From: Amphiscolops sp. MND2022
Lineage: Eukaryota
DNA: 64,000 bases
Direction: 5' to 3'
NCBI GenBank assembly: GCA_964187785.1
Contig: OZ076409.1
Coordinates: 29,264,001 to 29,328,000 of the forward strand
Shown here: piece after piece, positions 34,672 to 49,195 of the stretch
Position numbering within the stretch: the stretch's first letter is position 1
How the letters are laid out: every line of letters starts with the position of its first letter
Position numbers and translations under genes: made by a program
Notes under the pieces: model-generated
What the model saw: the letters and a program-made list of their open reading frames with translations, nothing else
Databases searched by the model: none
Told to the model about the DNA's origin: nothing

Positions 34672-35567
34672 GTTTGATAATTCCAATAGGCTTCGAGAGT
34701 TTTTCTTGTCTTTTGCTGTTTATTTTTTTTCATATGATTCATGTTACAAAAGCTGTTCTAGTCACTACTCAGAGAGTAGTTGAGTCCAGTAGGTGCGAGT
34801 GTGAAAAAGCGAGCGACTAGTGCGATAATTGATAAAAGTTAGCGAGGCGCAAATATTACGTAACTGAAAAGCGTCCATACTATGAGATAAAAGCGTTGCC
34901 TTTGCATTGACAATTGTTCTTATTATGCATTTATGACATCATAATTTATTCAATTCGCCTAATTTTTTACTCAAATGTACTAAAGACTTGTAATTTGGTA
35001 GTTAACAATTCAACAATGCTGATTTTATCAACATTAGAAATGAGCTGTTTCAAGGAAAATTATTGAAATGTTTGCTATCGGTACTCATTCGAATTGTGTT
35101 TTGCAACACTAAGGCATACGTCAAGAACGAAGCATATCTATACTTTTTCTTTCCATGAAGGATTTAGTCCCTGCGTGGGGAAGATATCCTGTACATTCTA
35201 AACGAAGGTGCCAACTTTTGCTGTAATGTTTGATCAAACATGTAATATTAGCCTGAGACTGCAACTCCTCTTACTGACTGGACTCAACTCATTTTTTCTA
35301 TTTTGAACGCTCAATCACACAAGAATGACTAATAATTTACTTGGTGTAAGCCGTCGCCGCCACTCTCGCAACACAGCAAAAGCAACGAACGGCTGATTCC
35401 CCGCTCGGGCAATGAAAGAAAGCAAACCGTGCGCATTTTTACTTACGCACGAGGACCGCTGTCCGAATTATAAAAGCACAATTTTAAAAAATAATAAAAG
35501 CGATACAAAACAGGAAACAAAGGAAAGTGAATGAAAACTAATGCAATGACTATTAAAATGTGATTGA

Positions 35568-36603
35568 TTATTTTTGATCAAAATTATACTTTCTCTTCCT
35601 GTTTTTTCTGTCGGATAATGAAATGTTTTTGACCAAGTTAGGGCACCACTTTTTCAGATATTCAGAGTGCTGGTACATTTCTGAGTCAGAGTCCATTTTA
35701 AAGCACCACTTTTCGAAACTGTCGAAACCTCCCAGTCGGAACTGTGCACTCCAACGTTCCTTCGTCACTCCGGGTAAAAAATTATCAATTAACTGAACAT
35801 TCAGTTTCTCATTACTGATATTGCAGCAATCCCATCCTGCTGAAATTGTTGTTGTTCCCATATCATATGTTAACACGGAATGAGTCGTTAAATGGGGGAC
35901 GTGAATCAAATCCCCTGGACGCTGGACAGCAAATTGAATATACAAGCTGTCTCTTTCTCGCGCGGCGCTCTCTGCATGCGATGAATGAAGTCGAGCGGCG
36001 TCTGTAGTGAACGTTCCAGTAAAACAGCCGCGTTTAACGAAGAATAGGAAAGGCACAAATCTTAATTCCGGTCAATAAATACGCGAATCCAGCTACGCGA
36101 ATCCAGCTACGCGAATCCCTACTTCTACGTGACCCGGAGAGAACAACGAACCGCGTTAAACAAGAGCGGTACTTTCAGTGACTCGCTGGCGATAAAGCAG
36201 GCGGGGTTGATGCAATCATCGTATAGGACTGTATCAGATAAAGAATTGGGAAAATCTAACGGTTTCATATTCATATTTAGAACAGGATGACCACATCTAT
36301 AATAACTCGTTCCCACGATACTCGTCCTAGCTCCAGGTAATTCCTTAACACACCTCGGAGACACGTGATAGAAGAAGGTAGAAAACATGCATCTTTAGGC
36401 GAAATTGCACTTAGGTAAACATTCGAAAGCGAAGGAACACGTGACCAAAGTGGGTGGGTAATTTTAGTGTCACTTTCAATATTTTTTACAGGTAAAAGCG
36501 GAAGAAAATTCGAATACTTATTCTAGACTGGACTGCTACGAGTCTCTAACGACACAGAAGTTGATGGGGCACAGTAGGGCAGCTTAGTAACTGAAATATC
36601 CAT
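35568..36603 (-). pseudogene. JmjC-domain dioxygenase, second copy in the 3' LTR of element 2 (disrupted)
   Basis: Same motifs as the 5' copy: PGHVEVG, LLTGIKI, VQRPGDLIHVPHLTTHSVLT. Extra 14-bp duplication at about 36080-36110. Conserved start MDISVTKLP. Confidence 0.75.
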
Positions 36604-37166
36604 AGCACCAAACAGTGTATGTCAGAAAGTGAAATTGAGTAGAATAACCGAAATTTAGGACATACTTGAGCACGGATGACTACAGAGTGTGTCTACTACC
36701 GATCTACGCGGATAATTGGAAAGCGGCGGACCTGCGCGTTCTCGAAATTAAGGATGTGGATTTTTATTGTGAATTAGCCAGGGAACGAGGGAACGAAATA
36801 CAACCGCCGCCAGCAAGAAGTAATGTCAGTTAATGCGACTGCAGAACAAAATTTTGTATGAATTTTGTACTATTATGTATTAAATTTTGACTTTCTAACT
36901 TCCCATGAATGCACAATTTTCGACATATCGACGTGAAATGCGCGCCAGACACTCATCAAAGGTAGTTCTACCGATAGTTAGAGCCACTTTTGCTAATTTT
37001 GTTTAAAAAGTCGAATAAAAACTAAATTTCAGAGTCTAAAAGTATCCTCCCATGCCATAAATTCACATAATGGAAGAAAATTTACTGCAATACTTTGTAG
37101 TACAACTGCAACGACATGCAAGAAAGAGAATCATGACTTTCACGGTAGCCTGATTGAAATTAAAAG

Positions 37167-38556
37167 GAACGATCGAACGAGGCGCTTGAATGAGAATTGC
37201 TCACTCCACTTAACCGGTGATGCTGCGAACTACAAACGACACGACGCTTGACGTTGAAATTGCAAATACGAGTAGTTGTACGCACGCAAGCTTCGCGCGG
37301 TCGATGAACTGATGTAGAAGGGATTTAAAACAAAAGGAAACGGTGCTCACGTGATAAGCTGAGTCATGAAAAGGAATTTTGAAGTAACGAGGGACTGATA
37401 GGCGGCAAGAGACCGACACGATTAAATAAAACAGTTGTCGCGAAATGACTGCTACGACCGAGACCGGTGAAATGAGGCACGCGAAAAAAACAAACGTGAC
37501 AAGCGGAACGGAACAGACTAGAGAGTAGGCGCCTGAAACAAATCGCAGAGTGATATTGTCGAAATCTTGCAGTTTTGTGACGACAATTTGCATCTTTTCC
37601 ACAGATATCTGTTTTTGATACCAGGAAAGCCTATTACTAAGTGTGAGTATTTTGTTTTTCTCCAAGCGCAATATTATTATACCTACTGTTACTTCACGTA
37701 CTTGTATACCATTATTTACGTTGCAATTGAATCTTTCGAGATTGTAGTTTTACTTCGCAATCGGAGTTCTGTGAGGCCAATTTCAAGCAATTCGATGGAA
37801 CACTGAGGCATAAATTTTGCAAAAGAGTCCACCAAAAACCCTTCATATAATTTTGTGGAGAGAACGATCGAACGAGGCGCTTGAATGAGAATTGCTCACT
37901 CCACTTAACCGGTGATGCTGCGAACTACAAACGACACGACGCTTGACGTTGAAATTGCAAATACGAGTAGTTGTACGCACGCAAGCTTCGCGCGGTCGAT
38001 GAACTGATGTAGAAGGGATTTAAAACAAAAGGAAACGGTGCTCACGTGATAAGCTGAGTCATGAAAAGGAATTTTGAAGTAACGAGGGACTGATAGGCGG
38101 CAAGAGACCGACACGATTAAATAAAACAGTTGTCGCGAAATGACTGCTACGACCGAGACCGGTGAAATGAGGCACGCGAAAAAAACAAACGTGACAAGCG
38201 GAACGGAACAGACTAGAGAGTAGGCGCCTGAAACAAATCGCAGAGTGATATTGTCGAAATCTTGCAGTTTTGTGACGACAATTTGCATCTTTTCCACAGA
38301 TATCTGTTTTTGATACCAGGAAAGCCTATTACTAAGTGTGAGTATTTTGTTTTTCTCCAAGCGCAATATTATTATACCTACTGTTACTTCACGTACTTGT
38401 ATACCATTATTTACGTTGCAATTGAATCTTTCGAGATTGTAGTTTTACTTCGCAATCGGAGTTCTGTGAGGCCAATTTCAAGCAATTCGATGGAACACTG
38501 AGGCATATATTTTGCAAAAGAGTCCACCAAAAACCCTTCATATAATTTTGTGGAGA
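37167..38556. repeat. Near-perfect tandem duplication, 2 x 695 bp, inside the 3' LTR of element 2
   Basis: ORFs 37210-37671 and 37905-38366 are identical at an offset of 695; one base difference seen. Confidence 0.95.
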
Positions 38557-39742
38557 GAAATCGCTCTTTACCTCGAGAAAGACAAGTTCTCAGGGTTGGT
38601 CAAACGAAAGACGACCCATTTCACTCACAGTGAAATTCTACACAGTTCAACAAATTGTTTTCACCTTTGATGAATATGTTCCGATAAAATGCTATGAGAC
38701 GTATTTTCCGCCTTTCAATAAATACGCGAAACACAGATCCACGCTAGCACCAGCCATTCGTTTGAATGCGGAAAATGATTTCACGTTCCGATATGTTTCG
38801 CTTGAAAAAATTCATTTTCAATAACTAGTTTGTCCAGGAGTTTTCGGAATATTTTTTTCTGAGATGTGTTAATTTTATTTGGTATACGAGATGAATTATT
38901 ACTTTCCGCCCATATTTCGTATGGAAAAGGAAAAAATTTGAATCAAACGCGTTTTTTTCCAAAATTTCACCCATAGAAGTCAACTGACATAAATTTAAAT
39001 TCATTCGATATACACTTGTAGATATTTCTGGTCTTTTTTGGTTGACCCTAATGACGCAAAAGCACCCCAAAATAGAAAAACGAATTTTCAATTTTTGACG
39101 ACTTCATGCATTGTTTTGCGTCAAATTTTCATGTATAAAACGTTCAACAACGAATGAACACTTTGGCCTCTAGGCTTTTATACAATTTTGTAATGAGAAG
39201 TTAACTTGAATTGATCCAAACAAGTTGAAAAATTCAGAAATTTCTAGTTTATTTTGCTTTTCATGCAATTATGCAATTAGTATGCAATTTTTGGAAATTT
39301 TCAAAAGTTAGAAACCTCAAAACGTTCAACGACGTATAAATTAGCTCAGGAGTACGCTTTTTGGTTTCAAAAACACTTCACAATGATGCCAGTGAGTCGA
39401 AAAACCAAATACTCCAATGTTTAACCGTTTTTAGACGCAATTTAAAAAGTGCTCGACGCTACAATAGGTATTTTTTTGAGACAGGTGAGGTTCACAATAT
39501 TGTTAAATTTTTCAACAACTTCAACTACGGAGGTTCAAAACACTCGAACCTCAGAAACTCGTCCAAAACGAAAAGAAAAAACAAAACGGACGTCCAGAAC
39601 TTCGAAAACAGTAAGGTTCCCCCGTTGGCTGTCTTGTTAATTTTCACTTAGATTTTTTTCGGGATTGACACATTTTGTTGAAAGATTTTGGATTGCACCC
39701 TTAATTTGTTTCGATATTTTGCTATTTCGCAACAACAGAATA

Positions 39743-41627
39743 CCGTATTTTTTGAAAACAGGCCGCGCCTTTTGAGATTTTCCCGTACGGATTTTGCGGC
39801 CAAAATTCGGGGCGGCTTCTTTTCGAGGGCGGTGCGTTCTTAAAGTTTGTTTCCGAGTCATTGCTGGCGGCATACAATGCACTGCTAACTCATTGTTTGA
39901 TGCTCAAACCCTATTGGACCGAGACTTGGAATGATTTCTCAGATATGGGAATTCTTTGATTTTGTTTGTGCACGTCTGTTTATCTTATCTCTCGTTCCGT
40001 TCTTTGATACGTAGTATTTCGTTTTCAGAAATAGTTGAAAGAAAATCTTACAGTTTGAAATTACAGTATAAAGCATTAGGAATGAATTATCATCTAACTG
40101 ATTAGCGGCCGATTTTTAGCAAATCAATGAGAAACAGGTTCGCAATTGGAGATATGACCAAGCCAAAATTGAATAATTGTTGCGCATTCCAGGAAATGGA
40201 GCACAAAATAAAGAACGGAAGCAGTAAGTAGGCAGTGGGCGCCACTACTTTTTGGACGAGTCGTTAAATTTGAACAACATTCAACGCAACCGTGAAAAAA
40301 TATCCACGTTTCTTGCAAAGTGATCAAATCTTGGGCCTCAAACGGAGCTCAAGCTACTCACCTTCAAAACTCTCGTGCCAGTCGAGGCTGGTTGTCTCGG
40401 TTTCTTAGAACGAAATAAATCACCAATCAGAAGACGAACGACCACTGGACAGAAGCTACCAAATCCATTTTCCCAGAAAATAGTAGACTGCCTTCTCTAC
40501 AATAAAATGCAGCGTGAATTATCTCAATTTGATTCCTCAATGATTGTTAACATGAATAACCTCTGTGGTCCGATATGCCCTCAGTACAACTGATACCGAG
40601 AAAAAGTCGAAGACTGTTACGATAATCTCGGCCATGGAAAAAATCGACTCACTGTGTGTTTTGCCGCCAGAGCGGATGGAACACACTTGTTGCCTCTTGG
40701 TGTATTTCCGAGGAAAAAGGAAAAGCTTTCAACAGAGCTCTGTTCTAGAAAGGGGTGATTGTGAGATGCTCTAAAAATGGATGAATGAGGAATTACTCCT
40801 TGTTTGGTTGAACTCAGTTTGGGGTAACTTGAGTTTCCAAAAACGATTCTTTGTGTAGGATTCATTCCTTTGCCGTATATCTGAAAAGTTAGGGCAGCTG
40901 TTAAAAGAAGAAAGGGCGTAATGAGTGTCATACCCGGAGGATGAACAAAGTTTTTGCAACCTCTTACTTCAGTCTCAACAAACCAGTGAAAGACTTCTAT
41001 CGACACTATTATGATGAGTGGTTAAGAAATGGTCCGTTTGAGTATGCACGGGGAGGAAACTTGAAATCTTGTTTCAAAACTCAAATTGAATGGTTGCTGA
41101 CAGCGTGTAGAGAAGTACCTTCCGAAGTGGTACGACGGAGTTTCGCGGCTTGTGGCATAACTCAATGCGATCCATCTGCGATTAACTACATGAAACCTGG
41201 TCGTCCGTCTTTTTTCAGCTGCAATTTTGCTGTTCAGAGAACTCAATTGAGAGACAGCGAACCAATGGAACACGGATTTGAAGACTTGTTCGTAGTGTAG
41301 CCAACCATGAACTATGGTGAGAATTGCACCAAAGAAGAAGAACTAAAAGGCGAAGACGTTTTGGAAACCATGCAAGTTGTTGAGACTTCTGTCTGAAACT
41401 AGTGATGAACTTGTTATATTGTTCGATTGATGAATACGTAACATTTCTTCAGAAAATGTAAGAAGAAATGTACGTAAGAAATTTCTTCAAAGTTTTCCGT
41501 GACGGTTTTAAACTTATGAATAACTCAATCACAAGCTGCGGCTCATTATCGGGGGCGGCTTATAAGATGAAGTTTCAGGCTAGGTGCGGCTGTCATTCGG
41601 TGTCGACTTCTATTCAAAAAAATACGG
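39743..41627 (+). mobile_element. pogo/Tigger-like (Tc1/mariner superfamily) DNA transposon, decayed
   Basis: TIRs CCGTATTTTTTGAA and TTCAAAAAAATACGG; TA on the left, TG on the right. Transposase remnants at about 40100-41395: G(W/C)L.FL.RN...RRRTTTGQKLP (CENPB-type HTH), GWMNEE, VIPGG, SLNKPVKD. Confidence 0.85.
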
Positions 41628-42511
41628 TGGATGCTAAAAAATCCCAAAGGTACCTCTTTTTACACTTTTCGGCACTGTGACATTGCTCAAAAATCTCACT
41701 TTTTGATTTTTTTTGAAAATTTCTAAAAGTCTTCAAATCAAAGCCCGTCATCAATTGTTTTCTTATTTTCCAACAAATTGGAGTTTCAGAAAGGTCAAAG
41801 GGTCCCATTTTTTAATATTTTAAAAGCCTCACTTTGAGCTTTAGATATAGCGCCGATTTTGGCCGTTGCGGCTTGTTATGCTTTTTTGAAAAGAATAGTT
41901 TGTCAGAATGTTGACAACGTTCAACAACGACTAAATTTGCTATCCAGTAGTCTTTTTTACGGAGAGATGACTCGAGATGTTTGTTGAAAAAATGACTCAC
42001 ATTGACCAAAAATTTCGAAAACGTCAAAAATTGTTTAAAAGTAGAAACATTCAAAATGCTCCGGACGATATAACTAGCTATGCAGTACGCCTTTTAAAAG
42101 AAAATTTAGCAGTTTTCTAGGTAGAATAATAATTTAGAATGACCCAAAGTAGTCGAAAATCCAAAATTTTCCAAAGTTCGACATTTTTATCGGCATTTTT
42201 ATCGGCAGAGTTCGACATTTTTACATATAGCTATAAAAGGTATCCAAAAATTTGAATAGAAAGTGTCTACAAAAAACCACTACAAAGACTCTTTTTCGGG
42301 CAATGAGCTTCCGGTGTTCAGTTTCTTTAGTTTTAGTCGACAATATCAGATCAGATTTTCCCGGTCTGTGAAAGGTTTACGTTACAACTAGTCAAAACCA
42401 GAGAGTTTGATATAAATTGTATCAGCACAACTAACGTTTTATAAACATCAAAACCTCCCATAAACAAGACAGTTCAATAAATAAGATCATTCAAATGGTT
42501 TTTGGATCGAA

Positions 42512-45500
42512 TCAACCGACATCGACTGTTGAGTTCTCAGCCCAATCGGGCCACTGATTCATTCCAAAAACAGTGTTACCCCAGGTGCAAGCCCACACTG
42601 ATGCAATGACGAAGCACCCACAGTTCAGAAATATTCCATTTTTCACCATGTCTCGCACTTTGACAGTTCCTAAAACAAAAATCGGTCAACTTTTTGGAAA
42701 GGAAACGAATCACTCTAAGTATTTTTCTAGCCAGCTGCTCTCAAATAATGTTCATTTTCACATGATGGATACCTTCATACAGAGGTTTCAAATGAAAAAT
42801 GTATTCCTAGAATTTTCAAAACGCAAAACTTTTCTGATTTCCGCAAAACGCTCAGAAAAAGCTTGCCTATGCACTGTAATGTTGAAGCAAACCCGATCCA
42901 AAAACAGAAATTTATGTTGTTGCAGGGATGTCGAATTGAACATTTCAGAGAATACCTAATTTCAGAGCACATTGGGGTCGAGAAAAAATCCTATAGAGAA
43001 TTTTTCGTTTTTTAATGAGTTTCAGAATACGAAATCAGTATAACAAGTGATGTGGTGTTCTTCCAAATAACATTTTATGGACACCATGTCAACAGGTACC
43101 TTCGTTGAAGGCTATTGCATTGGGTGGGGTAGCCACAGGCAGACAGAAGGCGAAAGAACAGGCGATTGTTGCTGGCAGGAGCAGAAAGAGGGGGTTAACT
43201 TTGATGGCACCTGCAAGTGAGCACAGAATAGGCTGGATGATTGTGGCTGTAGAAACATTGACTGTAAATTCCGTGAGGAAACCTAAAACAAGAAGAAACA
43301 TTCTCACTAATTTTAACATGGTGATTCACGCCTGAAAATATTCAATTTGAGAAATTTCTAAGCGAATCAACATGTCGTGAAAACAATTTTAAGCAGCTTT
43401 TATTGAGAATTTTGGCAATAAAAGAGATTTGAAACTTTGGCTTACTTTTCAATTATGACTTGAAATTGAACTTTTGAATTCTTTCAAAAAACGCTCCGGA
43501 AATATCCTATAGATCATATCCATTGCATACTATTTACTGTTTACTCATGATTAGTAAACTACTCGTAAGAGTAAAAACTTTCCGTGGCGTAACTTACGAT
43601 GTACGAGAAAACATGCGTAGATTTCGCAGGTCTTCACACCCTTAAATGTTTCCATATATGGAAACTCGTTTCTGGTTTCCTACTATTCTTGATACCCCGA
43701 TTTGTTGCTCTCATTCAATGCTATTTGCGAAATACATATGTTGTTCATCCGTGTTGGTATTCTATGCATTCCATGCTTGCCATGCATGATCTTGCATGTT
43801 CCATAAATGGAAAAAGCTGTTTTTTCAAAAAAGTTTCAAAAACCAAAAAAAATTCTAGAAATTTAAACCTAGAAGTTTTCGCACTCCACATAGTAGGAAA
43901 ACTACTCAGAAACGTTTCTAAAATTAAAAATTTGTTTCAAGCGCGATACATCTAGATTTTTTGCTGGTTTACAAACAGATATTTAATTTTGATGTTGTTT
44001 CTGTATTTTTTTAGTTTATAAAGTTTGCTGGAGTTAAAACAGAAAAAATGAAGGCCAAGTTAGATGGACCATGCACAATATTAAAATTGACGGTGCATGA
44101 TCAAAAAATTCTATCAAAAAATTCCATTCATGACAACTAGTTTTAGCTCATCGTTCAGTTCAGTTTCAGTTTTATTAGTGCTTGCACATTGGTCAGATTC
44201 CTCTAGTGATATTAATCTTTATTCCAGTGTTTCTGCCAATATCTTCACGAATAGGATCAATTGACGAAACAGCTGTTTGTATGTGATTCGTATCTCCAAT
44301 TCGTATCTCTCTTCTGTAAATCTTTTTCCGGAGCAAATTCAGCTTTTTTGAGATCTTGAGTTTCATGCATGAATCATGTGATTTCACACGAAAAAAAAAC
44401 ACGATGGCAATGTGCATAAATCATGTATTGAATTCACATAGACCATGCATGGAAGCTCATGGATTGTCAACATGGGTATACAATTCTGATTACTCTCAGA
44501 AGCTAAATCAGATTCACTCACCAACAAAGAATACAATAGAAGTTAGCAAAAGTTCTCGCGGTAATCCTTCCAAACGTTTCAACAAAGTAACGAGGGTGAC
44601 ATCCAAATGCGACTCTTTGACGCCGAAGGCTATTGCGAAACCACCCCCTATAAGGAAGAGCAAACTCCAAGCCAATTTCTTCTGAAGCAGGTCCCTGAAG
44701 GAAAAATTTTGTAATGAATAAAGATATCTGAATCTTCAACTAAAACATTTAGAGATGTAGTGGCTGCAGTATTTCAGTTGAAAATTAAAATTATTACTCT
44801 TTCATCCGCATTCTTGAATCTTGAGCTGGCATATTTTAATTTTTTTGATCACAATTTTCTGAAGGCATATCCGAGTTATGTTCGCAACTTCGCTACTTTA
44901 ATCAAAATCTGTCATTTAGAAGCTCAAGCAGTTGCTTCAACTTCATTGAAATTGAGCAACTGATCTGGAAAAAACTATGAAAGCATACCAAGTGATGAGT
45001 GTTCTTTGTTGCTTCGCTTTCGGGGAATCTGACACGGTTGGACAAAAGAAGAGAAACATTGCGACACCCATTGCAATTGTACCGTCAGTTACACCATCCA
45101 TACCTAGTAAATCGGCCCACCCTGAAAAGAAACTGACTGTAAGATCAAACAGGAGATAAATAGCTACTTTTGCTCTACTTCAAAATCTTGGCGTAAAACA
45201 AACATCGGTTTAACAGGCCGCTAAATTTTGTAAACTAATCCAGTTTACACTTACTGTTGGAGTTACTCCTAACGTTTCTGACGTTTAGCCGATTTTAATG
45301 TCGCTTTTGGAAATTTTTCCTGGAAAAATTGACATTTCTTTTATTCTTCTTCCAAAACGATCTTTCTTGAAAAAAAATAGCTAGAAGAAGAATATATTCT
45401 ATAATATGAAACGCTCGATATCCCAACGGGGACTACTTTGGTTCCTGAAAAATGAAAACATGACTGAACCTGGTAAGATTTGAGGAGACTTGAAGATCCA

Positions 45501-47701
45501 CAAAAATGCCAAAACAACAAATGTCACCAAAACGATCATCTCTTCACTCGCAACTGGTCCTAGTTGATTGTAGCGGCTATCGATTCTACTTTTGATTCTA
45601 TTGGCTCTCTGCAACTCCAAACTTGTCTCTAATTTTGGTCGGCGGTTTAAGAAAGGCAGTGGAAGTTGGATGGCACAAACAACCACCCACGCGAAGATCA
45701 GACAAATGAAGGATTCGGGCAAAGCGTAGATCATGTAGGTGGCAAAATTGAACCCTGTATCCTGCACAAAAGTCTTCATCAGTCGAGACGAAAAGTTCAT
45801 TGTATCAGTGCAACTATGAAGTACGATTTTTTCCTGAAAACTTTAACTTTCAGGTCTTAAACTTAGCCAGTTCAAACCTTCAACGATCTGAAAAACGACT
45901 GCCTGGATCTATGAAACTTTCGTAAAATTTTGGACCCACTTGCTGCGCTTAACCTTGGGGATTCCACTGAAACACGAAATGAGAAATATTTCAGCAGAGT
46001 TTTCCCACTTACAAGTTTAGTACCTAATCAAAGTTTACAAAATGTACTCTACGTGACTTGGTAATTATTCAACATTGAAAACTGACCGTGCCGTAGACTT
46101 CCCGAATATTTCCAGCCAAAAGAGCATTTGGACTAGTCCCTGTCAACGTCGCCGTCCCTCCTATGCTGCAAGCATAAGCAATTGAGAGGAACAAGGCCAC
46201 TTTGAACTGCTGGTAATCACGGTGCTGTCTGTTTTGCATGACTTCCGAGCTCAAGCTGCTAGCCTTTGTACTTTCTAGACTTAAGAAACAAATTCAATAA
46301 TAAACTTCAGTCTAATTCATGGATCGAACGATTTTCATTTATTAATAACTTGGAATCTCTCAACCTAAATAATGAAAAGTTTTTATCCAATTTTCACTAC
46401 TTATTACATAGAAGTTGTTATTATAAGGAACAAAAACTTCTAATTCCTGTGTCTTTGAATAGTCTTAACAAAAGACCTTGTCATAAACCAGAGTTCAGGG
46501 CTTGCTTGATCGATTGACCGCTAGTCAAAAACTGTTTGTTACTTTCTACTTTCGTGAAAAATCTGTTTTTTTTTCGAACGGCATTAAACACTCCTGCCCT
46601 GATTCCAAGAAGTAATGACACACATAGCATGACTTCTATTTATTTGATGTGTAAGAAAAGCAATTCACTGGACGAATTTTTTGAAAATACAAAATGTGCT
46701 TTGAAACAACTGTCACAAAATATAATAACTTATTTTGGAAAATGAGCTCCAAAACTATTTGAAGTAGTTAGCTGACAAAACAGAATAAATACTAATTTTT
46801 TTAAACCCCCAGAAAAGCTTCAAATTGCAACATCGATGAATTTTTTGTCACGTTTGGACCATTTTTTCCGAATGACATGATGCAACCAACAAAACTGAAA
46901 CACGCTGAAGTTTCCTAATGTTGCTGAACCAGCTGTAAACATTGATTTCATAAACATTTATGGAGACAATTTACACTAACAGACGGATTTCACATGCAGC
47001 AGAGCTTGATAAGAGTTCATCAGAAGAAGAGTGATCATTAATTTCGATGTCTTGCGGCTCTTGAGTATCTGCATCTAAACGTTCACTCTCCGTTTTGAGG
47101 TCATGATTATCAAGCATTTCTTGTTGGTGTTGCTCCGGGTCGAACTCGCTCGCAACTGCGATGGCAATGGGCATGAGCATGGCAGTGGTAGCAGTGTTGC
47201 TCAGCCACATAGACAGAAACCAGCCGATCAGCATGAAGCCCAGAATTATCATTCTTTGTTGGCTGCCGAACAGTCTGAGAGCACCTAATTAGAGGGGACA
47301 TCGGTAACTTGCGTATCTTTGAGAAATTTATTTAGAACGCAAGCAAAATGTCTGTGAGATTTTTCAAGAATTGAGGAAAAACGGAAAACTCAAGTTCTTT
47401 GTGACAGAAGTTGACCTTTGAGTTTTGAAGGGAAGTCTACTTATCGCATGAAGCTTTGACATCTTTACCAACCTAAAGCAATTCGTTTGTGAACATCCCA
47501 TTCTTCAATGGCTATTGCGACAATCAGTCCCCCTAGAATTAACACGATTATATCCTTGAAGTACTGATTGCTAACGTCAGCTCCGTCTGCAATGCCAAGA
47601 ATAGGAAACAAGACCAAGGGTAGAAGAGCGGTGACTGCCAGAGGTACGACTTCCAGTATCCAATATGATGCCATTATGCTGATCACAAAGCCACATTTAA
47701 G
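42512..47701 (-). CDS. SLC13-family Na+-coupled di/tricarboxylate or sulfate transporter (INDY/NaCT-like); exons 47701-47473, 47284-46981, about 46258-46087, 45761-45470, 45121-44989, 44694-44522, 43282-43100, 42669-42512; first exon not located
   Basis: Motifs [56 protein letters not shown] and C-terminal WPDWA. All internal introns are GT-AG with matching phases; no internal stops in these exons. Confidence 0.92.
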
Positions 47702-48471
47702 CTGAAGGCTTTCAAAAACAACTCCTAAACGAATTTGTTTCAATTTACATTCAGAATCACCAGCATGGAAAATCAAACAATGCTTACATGCACAGATATA
47801 ACAAAGAACTCAGTTGGCTTTTTTGATTTGGATCTCCTTATTTTTGTATTGTAATTCTTAAAAAGGTGAAATTAGTGTCATGTCACATCAATTTATCCGT
47901 TGCAAAATGTGATACCCTCTCACTTGTTGAACTCCTTTCCGTTAATTTTTTTGATAAACTTCATGAATACAAAACCGTAGAATGATATGAAAGAATTAAG
48001 TTCTTGCGATTCGTGTGTTCTCTGTGAATTAAAACTGTTGTTGATCTTTGGTTTTTTTGTCCTAGAACTTTCTTTCAAATGCCTCAATTTTTACTGCCGC
48101 TATCAAAAATCAACTTTCGCATTCTTCACATAACTTTTTTCGAACTGTGTTGATTGACAATTAGTTGATGCTGAGAGAAATAACAAAAGAGTAAACTAGG
48201 AGGCCAGTGGGAGCCCTAGGGTACAGCAGGTATGTTTTCACACAATGCGGGCGATCCGACTCCAAGAGAACGGGTTGGCTTTCGTATAAAAAACATATAG
48301 ACCATAAAAGTCATTTTATGGTGATATTTGATGTGAATAACAATTGTCAGAAGGTGTCTCAATGGCTGGTAATTGAATCGTTTGATTGTTCGCTTACATG
48401 AAAATAAGGGGATTTCGTTCAGCAACTTGATTAACCCGGGTTTCACTCACATACAAAAACAGGTCAATCAT

Positions 48472-49195
48472 TGTAACGACAAGCTCTCACCAAGTCGTCA
48501 TTTCGCCATAGAGCCGGAGGAACCTACAGCATGGGTGTTTGCCCGGGACAGGCTCCCATAACTATAGATCCAGTTTGCCTCCTTCGGGTAAGAGATGTAC
48601 CGTTAGAGGAGGATTCCGCCTCGTGTGGAGTACTCGCTGACATTTTCCAGTCTGTAACTGCTATCCATAGTGCGAATTACGCTTTTCTATCGAAAATACC
48701 ACTCAGACAGCTTTTAAAATTGAGATGGTGATAAAGATAAATCTGTGCCAGGTTATTGTGAAATTAGTAGCTCACGAGCTGAACATTCCAGTGAATCGGT
48801 GTTTTATCGGTAGTTTACTGCACAAATCACATGGCAAGATGATGATTAAAGGGGCACAAGCACGGATGCTTGATTGGGCAATTATGAGACGCATTTTAAG
48901 TGTTTGCAACAATTACTACCAACTTTCTAATGAAAGTGCGAAAAGACGATGAAAAGAGCCTGTATAATAAGCGAGTTTGAGTTCGTTTCTTCACGACCTT
49001 TCTGTTCTATGTTTCGCGGGGTCTCTCGTATCTATTTTTATTGTTCTGGATCTTTTCAATTCGGCTGGCAGGTCTTTTTTAAAGACACGGAGTCTTTCAG
49101 CGGAATATTCTTGAAATTGCCAAATTCCAGTTCCCTGTTTTGAGCTTGAACGAATTTTTCAGAAATTTTTCTGTCAACGATAGGTCATCATTACA
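48472..49195 (-). repeat. 3' LTR of element 3 (about 724 bp)
   Basis: TGTAA...TTACA termini; GGGAGTGA PPT-like sequence adjacent (49196-49203); about 90% similar to 63549-64000. Confidence 0.8.

Larger units (their letters stand above)
22675..38642 (+). mobile_element. env-bearing Ty3/Gypsy LTR retrotransposon (element 2, about 16 kb) with long JmjC-containing LTRs; left boundary unresolved
   Basis: Diverged direct repeats of about 3 kb, both ending TCTACA, flank gag-pol-env; tRNA-Asn-type PBS after the first repeat. No TSD or PPT identified. Confidence 0.88.
34867..38642 (+). repeat. 3' LTR of element 2, including a 695-bp internal tandem duplication; true start may lie further left
   Basis: Aligns to 22675-25737; ends gaaattctaca. 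Confidence 0.85.
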
